Shown piece by piece: positions 1 through 10,972 of a DNA stretch of 64,000 nucleotides. Made by a program: the position numbers and the translations under genes. The notes below the pieces were generated by a model, which saw only the letters and a program-made list of their open reading frames with translations, was not told the origin of the DNA and ran no database searches. This DNA comes from Sandaracinaceae bacterium. Its GTDB lineage: Bacteria; Myxococcota_A; Polyangia; Polyangiales; Sandaracinaceae. How positions within the stretch are numbered: the first letter of the stretch is position 1; each line of letters begins with the position of its first letter. The stretch is taken from positions 13,056 through 77,055 of the forward strand of contig JBGAQA010000027.1 of the NCBI GenBank assembly GCA_044220955.1, given 5' to 3'.

Positions 1-219
1 GGCGAGCGTCGTGTCGAGCCCCCACGCCGCGCCCCCGGGCGAGAGCCCGGAGCGCTCCGCGATGGTCGTGCGGGCCTCGCGTCCGACGGGGGATCGGGGA
101 TCGGCCAACGCGGTGACCGCTGCGTCGAGCCAGGCGAGCACGCGCTCGTCCGGGGCCGCACGGAGCGCCGCCCCGGCGTCGGTCACGCGTCCGATCACCG
201 CGTCGTTCGGCTCGCTCAT
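1..219 (-). CDS. Probable LuxC-like acyl-CoA/acyl-protein reductase, N-terminal part (runs off window)
   Basis: ATG at 219 overlaps the stop of the LuxE-like gene (ATGA); translates MSEPNDAVIGRV...ERSGLSPGGAAWGLDTTLA; call rests mainly on its position after LuxE. Confidence 0.55.
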   Translation of the reverse strand, partial: MSEPNDAVIGRVTDAGAALRAAPDERVLAWLDAAVTALADPRSPVGREARTTIAERSGLSPGGAAWGLDTTLA

Positions 220-1286
220 CGCCTCTTCCCGACCGCCTCCTCGATCGCGAGGGAGCACCCGCGCGGCGTCGCGCCGGGCGCCCGGCCGAGCAGGATCACG
301 CGCTCGCCGTCCATCCGCCCGACATCGGCCGTCTGGATTGCACAGCACGAGTCCACGTTCGCGAGGTCGTCGATGCGCAGCACCCCGGGCTGGCCCGCGG
401 GGACCGGGCGCAGTGTCTCGGGATCGCATGGCGTGACGCGCACCCAGGGCGGGACGATGAGGCGCTCGACGCCGTCCTGCGGCAGGCGGCCCTCGCGCAG
501 ACCGTCGCCGTAGAGCTGCGAGCTGAGCTCGGTCATCCCGTACTCGCTCACGATGCGGTGCTCGGGCAGCGCGAGCGTGCGGGCGAGCTCGCGCCGGAGA
601 TCTCGCGCGCTCACCTCGCGCGAGCGGCCCTTGAAGCCGCCCGTCTGCATCACGAAGCTGCCCTCGCGCAGGGGGATCGTCGCGCCGTCGAGGGCGTCGA
701 GCAGGTGCACGAGCGCGAACGAGGTCGCGCACACTCCGAGCGGCTCCGCGGCCGTCTCGAGCGCGGCGCGCGCCGCAACGAGGTCGAGCGTGTGATCGCC
801 CCACGCCCAGCTCGCCTGGGTCGCGAACGTGGCCTCGAACATCTCGAGCATGAACGAGAGCGAGGAGTCGGGCGCTTCGATCGTCATGGGCGCGAGCATC
901 AGGAGCGCGCGGCGGCCGCCGCCGAAGAGCGCGTGCGCCGCCATCAGCTCGGCGGCCCGCTGGTAGGTGTACACGTGCCGCAGCGGGTGCGTGCCGCGCG
1001 CGCCGCTCGTCGTCCCCGAGGTGTGGAAGACGGTCATGTCCTCCTCGGGCGGGTGCGCGGCCACGCGCGCGAAGCGGAACACGTCCGTCGGGAGCGCGGG
1101 CCAGCCGTCGGGGCCGCGATCGAAGCGGCCGCCGCGCGCGCGGACGAGCCGCCCGAAGGGCTCCACGTGCTCGGCCTGCCACGCCGCGAGCTCGGCGAGC
1201 AACGCGTCGCGCTCGAAGCGCACGTCGCGCTCGAAGACGCTCGGCTCGAGGAACGCCTGCACCTTGGCCGCGATGCGCTCGCTCAC
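216..1286 (-). CDS. LuxE-like acyl-protein synthetase (ANL superfamily)
   Basis: GTG start overlaps the upstream stop; motifs FHTSGTT, MQTGGFKGR, SEYGMTELSSQ, DLAN..S..AIQTAD, LLGR....PRGCS. Confidence 0.85.
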   Translation of the reverse strand: MSERIAAKVQAFLEPSVFERDVRFERDALLAELAAWQAEHVEPFGRLVRARGGRFDRGPDGWPALPTDVFRFARVAAHPPEEDMTVFHTSGTTSGARGTHPLRHVYTYQRAAELMAAHALFGGGRRALLMLAPMTIEAPDSSLSFMLEMFEATFATQASWAWGDHTLDLVAARAALETAAEPLGVCATSFALVHLLDALDGATIPLREGSFVMQTGGFKGRSREVSARDLRRELARTLALPEHRIVSEYGMTELSSQLYGDGLREGRLPQDGVERLIVPPWVRVTPCDPETLRPVPAGQPGVLRIDDLANVDSCCAIQTADVGRMDGERVILLGRAPGATPRGCSLAIEEAVGKRR

Positions 1287-2602
1287 GACCGGTCCTCCAG
1301 GGCGAGCACGAGGTCGAGCGCGTCGACGAACGCGTCGAGCTGCGCGGGCGCGATGCAGAGCGGCGGCGTCAGCGAGAGCACGCTGGCGTCCGCGCCGGCG
1401 GCCAGCGTGATGAACCCGCGCTCGAGCAGGGCGGCGGCCACCCGCAGCGCAGCGCCCGGCTGCCGGAGCTGCACGCCGAGCAAGAGTCCACGCCCGCGGA
1501 TCTCGGCCACGGAAGGATGCTCCGTGGCGAGCCTGCCGAGGCGCGTGGCGAGATCCGCCCCGACGCGCGCGGCGCGACCCACGAGATCCTCCTCCTCGAT
1601 CACGTCGAGCGCCGCGAGCGCGGCGGCGCAGGCGAGCGGCTGCCCGAAGAAGGTCGCCGTGTGGATCGATTCCTGGTCCGGCGTGCCCCACGCCTGCATC
1701 ACCATGTGCGGCGCGAGGCAGGCCGAGACGGGCATCCCGCCGCCGAGCGCCTTGCCGAGGCAGAGGACGTCGGGGACGACGCCCTCGCGCTCGCAGGCGA
1801 AGCGCGCCCCGGTGCGGCCGAGGCCGGTCATGATCTCGTCGACGACGAGGAGCGCGCCCTGCTCCCGCGCCAAGCGCGCGAGCGAGGCGAGCCAGCCGTC
1901 CGGCGGCACGACGACGCCGCCGCGCCCGAGGATCGGCTCGACCACGACGCAGCCCACGCTCGAGCCGCGCAGGTGCGCGCCGATCACGTCCATCGGGGCG
2001 CCGTAGGCCTCGAACAGCACGTGCGGGTTGAGCTGTGCCGCGAAGGGCGCGCGGAAGCGCTCGGCGTAGCCCGAGATGGCGAGCGGGCCGTGCGCGAGGC
2101 CGTGGTAGCCGCCGTGGAAGGCGAGCACACCTGGGCGGCGCGTGGCGAGCATGGCTGTCTTGAGCGCCGCCTCGATCGCGTCGCCGCCGTGCGCCCCGAG
2201 GATCACGCGCGCCTCGGGGAAGGGCGCGAGCGCGCCGAGCCGCTCGCAGAGCTCGATCTTCACGTCGGATGGATGCACGTCGCCGAGCGCATGGATCAGC
2301 CGCTCGCTCTGCTCCCGGATCGCGCGCACGACGGCGGGATGCCCGTGGCCGATCGAGGCCGCGCCGAACCCGGCGACCATGTCGACGAGCACGTTCCCGT
2401 CGGCGTCGACGACGTTGCTGCCGCGCGCCGCGGTCCACACGATGGGGTCCTGCGGCGCTCCCACGGCCTCTGCCCGCCGCTCGCGTCGCGCCGTCAGCGA
2501 GGGGCACTCGGTGCGCGCGAGCACCTCGACGAGCGCGCGCGAGCGACCCCCCGGGATCGGGACGGAGACGGCGGGAACGCGCGATCCGAGCTCGCCGGTC
2601 AT
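1283..2602 (-). CDS. Class-III PLP-dependent aminotransferase
   Basis: Motifs FHGGYHG, EPILGRGG, DEIMTGLGRTG, PDVLCLGKALGGG (PLP lysine), HTATFFG. Confidence 0.92.
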   Translation of the reverse strand: MTGELGSRVPAVSVPIPGGRSRALVEVLARTECPSLTARRERRAEAVGAPQDPIVWTAARGSNVVDADGNVLVDMVAGFGAASIGHGHPAVVRAIREQSERLIHALGDVHPSDVKIELCERLGALAPFPEARVILGAHGGDAIEAALKTAMLATRRPGVLAFHGGYHGLAHGPLAISGYAERFRAPFAAQLNPHVLFEAYGAPMDVIGAHLRGSSVGCVVVEPILGRGGVVVPPDGWLASLARLAREQGALLVVDEIMTGLGRTGARFACEREGVVPDVLCLGKALGGGMPVSACLAPHMVMQAWGTPDQESIHTATFFGQPLACAAALAALDVIEEEDLVGRAARVGADLATRLGRLATEHPSVAEIRGRGLLLGVQLRQPGAALRVAAALLERGFITLAAGADASVLSLTPPLCIAPAQLDAFVDALDLVLALEDRS

Positions 2603-2685
2603 GGGCCGCGTGTCGTAGCCGGTTTCGCGCGTCTTCGCATGCGGGTGCTACGATCCGAGTCTCTTCTCTTCCTGCGAGGTGCGCG

Positions 2686-3156
2686 ATGCGTGTGACGGGG
2701 CTCTCGATGGTTCTCGCGGTCTCGGTGCTCGGCTGCGGCGGCAGCACGCCTCTCGGCGGGACGGACGCCGGCGCCGGGAATGACGCGGCGACGGGCGTGG
2801 ACTCGGGGACCGACGGCGGTGGACCGGGCGCGGACGCCGGCGACCCCTGTGCGTACGTCGACGCGATCGACCGCACCTGCTCGACCGACGCCGACTGCGC
2901 GATCGGGCTGCACCAGATCAACTGCTGCGGCAGCTCGGTGATGATCGGCTACCGGAGCACGCAGACCGGCGTGCCCGCGAGCGAGTCGGCCTGCATGGCG
3001 AGCTACCCCGGCTGCGGCTGTCCGGCGATGCTGCCGACGACCGACAGCGGCGAGACCGTCACCGACACCGGCGCCGTGCAGGTCGCCTGCGTGACCGTGG
3101 GCCCGACGGCCGTCTGCCGCACCTACGTCACGATGCGCCCGCCGAACGGGCGCTGA
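2686..3156 (+). CDS. Cys-rich lipoprotein, hypothetical
   Basis: Signal peptide with VLGC lipobox, DAG-rich linker, Cys-rich C-terminal domain. Confidence 0.8.
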   Translation: MRVTGLSMVLAVSVLGCGGSTPLGGTDAGAGNDAATGVDSGTDGGGPGADAGDPCAYVDAIDRTCSTDADCAIGLHQINCCGSSVMIGYRSTQTGVPASESACMASYPGCGCPAMLPTTDSGETVTDTGAVQVACVTVGPTAVCRTYVTMRPPNGR

Positions 3157-3169
3157 TCCACGACCCCGA

Positions 3170-3613
3170 CTACTCGATCCGGACGGAGGCGCTCGCGACG
3201 CACGCCCCCGCGCAGCCGTGCTGTCCGCGGTCGGGCTCCTCGCGGTACGCGTAGCTCAGCGCGCCCGTGTGAAGGCTGCCGGTGATCTCCTGCTTCGTCG
3301 TCCAGTGGCAGCCGTCGCTGAAGTCGAACCCGGTCTGGATCTGGATGTCGACGTCGCCGGTGCTGCTGACCGTTCCGTCGAAGCGCGATCCCCCGAACGA
3401 GGCGGACGCCCGACCGCCTGCGCACGGGTAGGTGAGTCGCGCAGGCGCCGCCGTGACGCGCTCGTCGATGCGGCAGCCGGAGCGCACCTGGACGTCGTAC
3501 ACGACGAGCATCGCGCTGCACGTCGCCCCCGGCGGCGGTGGCTGCGCGATCGTGCGCGAGTCGGACGAGGCGAAGACCAGCAGGGGCACGAGGACCAAGA
3601 GAGCGCGCTTCAT
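3170..3613 (-). CDS. Secreted hypothetical protein
   Basis: MKRALLVLVPLLVFA signal peptide, paired cysteines, GC3-biased frame. Confidence 0.7.
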   Translation of the reverse strand: MKRALLVLVPLLVFASSDSRTIAQPPPPGATCSAMLVVYDVQVRSGCRIDERVTAAPARLTYPCAGGRASASFGGSRFDGTVSSTGDVDIQIQTGFDFSDGCHWTTKQEITGSLHTGALSYAYREEPDRGQHGCAGACVASASVRIE

Positions 3614-3633
3614 GCCGCGAGGATACCAGGCGC

Positions 3634-4247
3634 CTACCTCCAGCGAACCTCCGCCACGCACTCGTGCGCGCCGTGGCTCACGCAGTGGGTGCGCCGCGCG
3701 CTCACGTCCTTGGCGCCCGTCAGCTCGAAGATGGCGCACATCGTCTCGATCGTGACCTCGCAGAGCAGCACGTGGTGGCCGGGCCAGTCCCACGTGCGCG
3801 AGATCGCCTGGCCGGGGCGGGGGATCACGATCTCGCGCGAGCCGCCGTCGTGGAGCATCCGCCAGAGGCGCTGGATGTTCCGCGCGTAGAACCCCGGCGT
3901 CACGATCTGTCCGACGACGAACCGGTACACGCCGTTCATCGAAGTCCGGACCGCCTCGCGCGCCGCCGTTCGGATCAGCGCGTGTCGCTCCCCGGCCGGG
4001 TGGGGCGCCACGATGGCGTCGAGCAGCGCATGCACCAGGGCCGCGTCGTACCAGCTGCTCGCGATGAGCCCGAGCGCCTCGTCGCGTGGGTCGAGCTGCG
4101 CGGCGATCTCGGGCGGCATCTGCGCGACGGCCGCGGCGAGCGCGTCGCTTCCGTGCGCCCGCGCGTACCAGCGGACCACCTCGCGAATCGCGGCGCCTTT
4201 GACCTTGGCGGGAGTGCCGGGCGCGGCTCGGCCGTTGATCGTGGCCA

Positions 4248-4248
<1 letters not shown>
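3634..4248 (-). CDS. Myxobacterial hypothetical protein (DUF2378/V4R-like)
   Basis: GTG overlaps the DUF444 stop; KVKG near the N-terminus, ASSWY, C-terminal [15 protein letters not shown]. Confidence 0.65.
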
Positions 4249-5360
<1,112 letters not shown>

Positions 5361-5420
5361 CTTGCCCCCAGGGTAGCAGATCGGGATCGGGGACGAGAGC
5401 GAGGTCGAGAGGTCGAGAGA

Positions 5421-6890
5421 TCAGCGACAGCGGACGGTGTAGCCCGTCTCCTCGACGCGCGTGCAGATGGTCGACACCATCGGGAACGAGATGGTGCGGA
5501 CCTCGCAGTGACTCTCGCTGACGGACGCGCCGCACGCCTGCGTGCTGGTCGCGATGTACCACGCGTCCCCCGAGCAGATGGAGGTGCCGTGGCCCGGCAC
5601 GAACGCACACGTCGAGGAGTTGCCCCGCGGCGTGTTCCCGCTCGCCGCGTAGGATAGCTCGCGCTCCTGGCTGGCGTTGCAGTTGTAGTCGAACGTCGGC
5701 GAGAGCCCCGTGAGGTTCGCGCTGAAGTAGGCCGTCTGGGTCGGTCGTGCGCTCGAGCTGGTGTCGAGGCAGTCGTGCGAGGCTGGGGTCGGCGCGACCG
5801 ACGTCCAGGAGCCGCTCGAGCACGTCGCCGGCGCGGCGGGCGTCGTGCAGCTCGACATCGAGGTGCCGCCCGTCGGGGCGAATCCGTCGCGGTCGCAGTC
5901 GATGTACCAGGTCGGGGGCGTGCCCACGCTGCCGTCGCAGTTCAGGTCGGTCGCCGACCCGCAGGGCTCGGCGGCGCCGGGATACCGGTTGCCGTTGGTG
6001 TCGTCGCAGTCGTCACCGCCGCACGACGCGCTGATCGCGAAGTGCCCGTCGCTGTCGAGATCGACGAGCACCGGCTGGTTCACACACCCGGTGGCGTTGT
6101 CACAGGTGTCCGTCGTACACGGGTCCATGTCGTCGCACTCGAGCGGCGCCGTCGCTGCGCCGCACGCGTGCGTGGCGGCGTTGCAGACCTCGTTCCCGTT
6201 GCAGGCGTTGCCGTCCTGGCAGGTCGAGTCGTCCGTGCACGAGTAGGTGCAGTCCATGTCGCAGCCGTCGCCGTCGTTGAGGTTGTTGTCGTCGCACTCC
6301 TCGCCGGCGTCCGTCGTACCGTCCCCGCACACGCCGGCGCGGCACACGCCGCCCTGGCATCGGGCGGGCGTCGCCCCGACCATGCACACCGTGGGAGGCG
6401 AGTCCGGCACGACGGTGCCTGGCTCGCAGGTGTGCATCGCGCCGCAGGTCTCGGTACCGTTGCAGAGCTCGGCATCGTCGCAATCGCCGTCGACGTGGCA
6501 GCTGAACGTGCAGTCGCCCTCGCAGCCATCTCCGGACGTCGCGTTGCCGTCGTCGCACTCCTCGGCGCTGTGCGTGCCGTTCGAGCGCGAGTCCGGCAGG
6601 CCGTCGCCGCAGCGCGAGAGCTGGCAGATGCCGTCGAGGCAGACGAAGGGCTCGTCGATGCCGGCGACGAGGCAGTGCACCCCGTCGGGAAGGCCGGCGC
6701 ACGCCGAAGGCGGTCCGCCGTCCGGGCCGGCGTCCACCGGCATCGTCCCCATGTCGACCGGTCCGGTGTCGTTCCCCGGGCTGCCGGCGTCCATGCCTCC
6801 GCGCCCTGCGAGCGTGCCCTCGACGAGCGCGGTGCAGCCCGCGCCGAGCGTGAGAAGACAGGTGGTCAGGAAATAGAGCGTCGAGCGCAT
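5421..6890 (-). CDS. Cys-rich repeat lipoprotein (Myxococcus Cys-rich and putative metal-binding repeats)
   Basis: GAGC lipobox; CGDG...EECDDGN..SGDGC repeats; DLDSDGH..DCDD....YPGAAEPC motif. Confidence 0.85.
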   Translation of the reverse strand: MRSTLYFLTTCLLTLGAGCTALVEGTLAGRGGMDAGSPGNDTGPVDMGTMPVDAGPDGGPPSACAGLPDGVHCLVAGIDEPFVCLDGICQLSRCGDGLPDSRSNGTHSAEECDDGNATSGDGCEGDCTFSCHVDGDCDDAELCNGTETCGAMHTCEPGTVVPDSPPTVCMVGATPARCQGGVCRAGVCGDGTTDAGEECDDNNLNDGDGCDMDCTYSCTDDSTCQDGNACNGNEVCNAATHACGAATAPLECDDMDPCTTDTCDNATGCVNQPVLVDLDSDGHFAISASCGGDDCDDTNGNRYPGAAEPCGSATDLNCDGSVGTPPTWYIDCDRDGFAPTGGTSMSSCTTPAAPATCSSGSWTSVAPTPASHDCLDTSSSARPTQTAYFSANLTGLSPTFDYNCNASQERELSYAASGNTPRGNSSTCAFVPGHGTSICSGDAWYIATSTQACGASVSESHCEVRTISFPMVSTICTRVEETGYTVRCR

Positions 6891-6938
6891 GAACGACTCC
6901 TCGGTCGAGAAGAAGAAGAAAGTCCCACCAGCGAGCGA

Positions 6939-7820
6939 TCAGAACGTGACGGCGAAGCCGTTCGGCGTGAGCCGGAGCGCAGACTGCGTCTCGGCACTGC
7001 CGCCCGAGCCACCGGGCATCACGAGCGTGAGGATCAGCGCCGTGACGGCGCACGCAGCCGCCACGCCGAACATGACGTCCGAGCCCAGCGCGAGCCCCCG
7101 CGCCGAGCTCGCCTCCGAGCTGGTCGCGCTGGGGGCGGCCCCCGGGGGCTATCGCGCCCCGCCGCCCTGCCGGGCGCCCGCTATCGGGGGGGCGCCGGCC
7201 CCCGACCAGACGATGACCGGGACGACCGGGATCTCGCCGCCCCCGCCGCCGCTGCCGCCGCCGCCCGTGCTCGCGCTCGCCGTCATCTCCACCGGGACCT
7301 CGGTCTGCTGGCCGGCCGGCACGACCACGGTCGAGGTGAAGTCCGCGTAGCCAGCCGCCCTCACCACGATCCTGTGCGAGCCCGGCGTCACGTGGAAGGC
7401 GTCCGGCCGCGGCAGGCGCCCGGCGTCGGCGCCGTCGAGCGTGACGACGGCGCCCTCGGGTCCGCCGTGGAGCATGATCCCCGTCGCCTCGATGCGCGTC
7501 CGGATGGCGCCGAGTCGCGCGCGCGCCTCGGCCTGGTGCTCGTCGGCGGGATCAGCGTGCTCGAGGAAGAGGTTGAGCGCCGTCGCCGCCTCGTCGAGGC
7601 GCCCGAGCCGCTCGTAGGCCTGCGCGAGGTTCCACTGGAGCAGCGGGCGTGGGTCGAGCGCGTAGGCCTGCGTCCAGGTGCTGATGGCCGCGTCGTAGTC
7701 GCCTTGCGAGTACGCGACCTGCCCTCGCTGGAAGAGCGTCCGCGCGTCGTCCTGGGCGAGGGCGGTCGTGGTGAGCGCGACGAGGGTGACGAGAGCGATC
7801 CCGAAGGCCAGGCGGTTCAT
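6939..7820 (-). CDS. TPR + PEGA domain exported protein with an in-frame TAG at 7149-7151 (probable sequence error or pseudogene)
   Basis: Signal peptide, TPR helices, PEGA (PEGAVVTLDG...PGSHRIVVRAAGY); the frame continues past TAG to a TM helix and terminal GFAVTF. Confidence 0.75.
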
Positions 7821-7894
7821 CGGGGCGAATGGTAGCAGCGAATGCGCGTCGTCACCCAGCCCCGTCGACGCCGCGCGCAGGGTAGCATCGAGCG

Positions 7895-8266
7895 ATGTCC
7901 TCCGACCCGGCCCCGGCCCCGATCGTCACGCGCGGCCTCGCGCGGGCCGGCCTGGCGATCGGGGTCGGCTCGTACGTCCTGCTGCTGGGGGCGGGCTGCC
8001 TCATCCCGTTCACCGCGGGCGTCAGCGCCGTCCTGATGCTCCCGTGCCTGATCGGCTGGCCGATCGCCGCGCTCATCGGCTGGCGTGGCGTGCGCGTGCT
8101 GAGGCCGGGTGACCCCGCGCGTCCGTGGGCGCAGGGCGCGCTCCTGGCGGGAGGCGGTGGCCTTCTCCTCGTCACCGCGACGCTCGGGCTGCTCTTGCTG
8201 TCGATTCTCATGGGCGTCGCGATCGCCGAGCTCGCGCCCGGTCTCGTCCGCCCCCACCACCATTGA
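7895..8266 (+). CDS. Small membrane protein
   Basis: Three hydrophobic segments; TAGCAT box just upstream. Confidence 0.6.
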   Translation: MSSDPAPAPIVTRGLARAGLAIGVGSYVLLLGAGCLIPFTAGVSAVLMLPCLIGWPIAALIGWRGVRVLRPGDPARPWAQGALLAGGGGLLLVTATLGLLLLSILMGVAIAELAPGLVRPHHH

Positions 8267-8280
8267 CGGTGCGCGCCGGG

Positions 8281-9060
8281 TCAGCGGCCCGGGCGCGCGC
8301 GATCGAGCAGCTCGCCGAAGAGCGGGCGCCAGGTCGCCCAGCCGTGATCGCCGGGGATCGTCACGACGTGGTCCTCGGGCTGCATCGAGGCGAGCACCCG
8401 GTCGGCCTCGCCGAGTCGGTCGTCGTCGCCCCAGCCGATGTAGAGCGGCGGCATCTCGTCCTGATCGGTGGCGTAGCCGCGCAGCCACGCCCAGAGGTGC
8501 GCCGTGTAGTTGTCCTGGGTCCAGGGGGTGCTCGCGAGGCCGCCCGGCGGCTCCCAGGCCTCGGGACCGCCCGCCGCCTGGATCTCGCGCACGACCGACT
8601 CCTCGCCGACGAAGGGCGCGAGCAGGATCACACCGGTGACCAGCTCCGGGTGGCGCTCGGCCGTGAGCAGCGCCCCGAGCCCGCCCATCGAGATGCCGAC
8701 GAGCCAGATCTCCTCGTAGCCGCGCGCGGTCGCGGGCTCGAGGATGTCGTCGAAGACGATGTTCGCCACGCCCTGTCCCGCCGCAGGCGTCTCCCCGTAG
8801 TAGCGGTAGTGGAGGTCGATCGCGACGGAGTCGCAGGGCGCGCCACGGGTCAAGAGGTCGCTCGGGAAGCCGTGTTCGAGGAAGTTGTCCGGCCCGTCGA
8901 GGAAGCCCGGCACGAAGACCACCAGGCAGTGCTCGCGCGTGATCGAGCTGCGCCGGAACTCGAGCGCCGGGAGCGGGCGGCTGGGCGAGCGCGTGAAGTA
9001 GCAGCCTGCGACCGCGCACGTGAGCAGGACGACGGAGAGCGATACCGCGAGACGCCGCAC
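8281..9060 (-). CDS. Alpha/beta-hydrolase lipoprotein (esterase-like)
   Basis: VAGC lipobox, GISMGG nucleophile elbow, C-terminal PGDHGW His. Confidence 0.85.
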   Translation of the reverse strand: MRRLAVSLSVVLLTCAVAGCYFTRSPSRPLPALEFRRSSITREHCLVVFVPGFLDGPDNFLEHGFPSDLLTRGAPCDSVAIDLHYRYYGETPAAGQGVANIVFDDILEPATARGYEEIWLVGISMGGLGALLTAERHPELVTGVILLAPFVGEESVVREIQAAGGPEAWEPPGGLASTPWTQDNYTAHLWAWLRGYATDQDEMPPLYIGWGDDDRLGEADRVLASMQPEDHVVTIPGDHGWATWRPLFGELLDRARPGR

Positions 9061-9121
9061 GGCGCGGACCCTGGCACGCCGGGGGCGCCCGCGCGAGCGC
9101 CGGTGGCCCCTCGGCCCAGCG

Positions 9122-9150
9122 TTGACACCCCCGGACGCCCCGCGTAGAAC
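9122..9150 (+). promoter_or_regulatory. Sigma70-type promoter of the nuo cluster
   Basis: TTGACA (9122-9127), 17-bp spacer, TAGAAC (9145-9150). Confidence 0.6.
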
Positions 9151-9242
9151 GGTCCGCGCTCGGCGCCCCCCCGCGGCGTGCCGTGTCGCGTTTTGCGCGT
9201 GTTTCCCGGACATTCCGCGGACACCGCGCGGCAGGAGAGCCA

Positions 9243-9605
9243 ATGTTCGAGGCCTACCTCCCGATGTTCCTCATCCTGGCGATCGCCGTCGCGGTCCCGG
9301 TGCTCCTCTACGTCCTCGCCTCGTCCCTCGGGCCGAAGGACCCGCCCAACGAGGAGTTCCTGATCCCCTACGAGTCGGGGTCGGAGTCGACCGGAGCCCG
9401 GCACGTCAAGCTCTCGGTCAAGTTCTACCTGACCGCGATCCTCTTCGTCGTCTTCGACATCGAGGCCGTGTTCCTCTATCCGTGGGCCGCCCGCTTCCGC
9501 GAGCTCGGCTGGTTCGGGCTGGTGGAGATGGTCCTGTTCCTCGGCGTGCTCGGCGCCACGCTGCTCTACGCCTGGAAGAAGGGCGCCCTCGAGTGGGAGA
9601 AGTGA
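9243..9605 (+). CDS. nuoA: NADH-quinone oxidoreductase subunit A
   Basis: PYESG, FYLTAILFVVFDIEAVFLYPWA, WKKGALEW; AGGAG RBS. Confidence 0.95.
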   Translation: MFEAYLPMFLILAIAVAVPVLLYVLASSLGPKDPPNEEFLIPYESGSESTGARHVKLSVKFYLTAILFVVFDIEAVFLYPWAARFRELGWFGLVEMVLFLGVLGATLLYAWKKGALEWEK

Positions 9606-9608
9606 CGC

Positions 9609-10307
9609 ATGGGTGAAGCGAACAAGCCGTCGACGATGACGATGGGCGGTGGCGACGCCGGCTTCGTCACGACTCGCCTCGAGGATCTCGTCGCCTGGGC
9701 GCGCAAGTACTCCCTGTTCCAGTACCCGTTCGTCACGGCCTGCTGCGGCATGGAGTTCATGTCGCTCAACGGGCCGCGCTACGACGGCCTCGCGCGCTTC
9801 GGCGCGGAGGCGCCCCGCTTCTCGCCGCGCCAGGCCGACCTCCTCTGGGTCGTGGGCACCGTGTCGCAGCGCCAGGCGCCCGCGCTCAAGCGCATCTACG
9901 AGCAGATGGGCGACCCGAAGTACGTGCTCGCCTTCGGCACGTGCGCGAGCTGCGGCGGCTTCTACGACAACTACGCGACCATCCCCGGAATCGACAAGGT
10001 CATCCCGGTGGACGTCTACGTGCCCGGCTGTCCGCCGCGTCCGGAGGCCGTGATCGACGGGCTCAACCTCCTCATGGAGAAGATCGGCAACAACAACCGC
10101 GAGCCGCTGGTCGTGCCGCCGCGCGAGATCCCCGTGATGACGCAGCTGCGAAAGAAGGGCTCGCCCGTCTTCTTCGGGCAGGAGCGCATCCGAGAGCAGC
10201 GCGCGCAGCTCGGCGTCGGCCAGGTCACGCTCGACGATCTGCTCGGCACGGGCGAGCGCAAGGTGGAGACGACGGCCGTCCTCTCGGAGGGCGATCACGA
10301 TGAGTAA
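9609..10307 (+). CDS. nuoB: NADH-quinone oxidoreductase subunit B
   Basis: TACCGME, SPRQADL, PVDVYVPGCPPRPE. Confidence 0.96.
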   Translation: MGEANKPSTMTMGGGDAGFVTTRLEDLVAWARKYSLFQYPFVTACCGMEFMSLNGPRYDGLARFGAEAPRFSPRQADLLWVVGTVSQRQAPALKRIYEQMGDPKYVLAFGTCASCGGFYDNYATIPGIDKVIPVDVYVPGCPPRPEAVIDGLNLLMEKIGNNNREPLVVPPREIPVMTQLRKKGSPVFFGQERIREQRAQLGVGQVTLDDLLGTGERKVETTAVLSEGDHDE

Positions 10308-10968
10308 GGCAGTCGTCGCAAGGCTGAAGGCGCAGCTCGGCGCCAAGATCCTCGAGACCAGTGACTTCCGTGGCGACGAGACGGTCGTCGTCGGCAGGGG
10401 CGACTGGCAGGCGGTCGGGACCTTCCTGCGCGACGACGCCGAGACGCAGATGGACATGCCGGTCGATCTCACCGCCGTGGACTACCCGGAGCGCGCGCAG
10501 CGCTTCGAGGTGATCCTGATGGTGCGCTCGCTGGCCAAGAAGCACCGTGTCCGCGTCAAGACGCGCCTCGCCGACGGCGAGAAGCTCGGCACGCTGATCG
10601 GCGTGTGGGAGGGCGTGAACTGGCCCGAGCGCGAGGTGTACGACATGTTCGGCATCTCGTTCGAGGGGCACCCCGACCTGCGCCGCATCCTGATGTACCC
10701 GGAGTTCGAGGGGCACCCGCTCCGCAAGGACTACGACATCGCGAGGACGCAGCCGCTCGTGACGTATCGCGACGTCGGCGAAGGGAAGTTCGCCCCCTTC
10801 GATCACCACGAGGGCCAGCCCTGGTCGCGCGTCGACTGGCAGGAGCGCGCGCACGGGCGCGACATCCAGGTCTCTCCCGCGATCGGCCTGCAGGAGAAGC
10901 AGCGTCCGACGCTCAGCAAGGGCCACGAGTACGTCGCCCCGGCGGTCTCGGCCGACCCGGAGGAGTAG
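10300..10968 (+). CDS. nuoC: NADH-quinone oxidoreductase subunit C
   Basis: EREVYDMFGI.FEGHPDLRRIL, GHPLRKDY. Confidence 0.95.
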   Translation: MSKAVVARLKAQLGAKILETSDFRGDETVVVGRGDWQAVGTFLRDDAETQMDMPVDLTAVDYPERAQRFEVILMVRSLAKKHRVRVKTRLADGEKLGTLIGVWEGVNWPEREVYDMFGISFEGHPDLRRILMYPEFEGHPLRKDYDIARTQPLVTYRDVGEGKFAPFDHHEGQPWSRVDWQERAHGRDIQVSPAIGLQEKQRPTLSKGHEYVAPAVSADPEE

Positions 10969-10972
10969 CGCA

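Noticed and set aside
1..1286. Bioluminescence (lux) operon
   Set aside because: No luxA, luxB or luxD in view; LuxE/LuxC-like genes are common in non-luminous bacteria
7149..7151. Pyrrolysine or programmed stop readthrough
   Set aside because: Neighbouring codons are also corrupted and no pyl genes are visible; sequence error is simpler
9072..9090. Sigma-54 promoter (TGGCAC) upstream of nuoA
   Set aside because: No TTGC -12 element; a better sigma70 match lies at 9122
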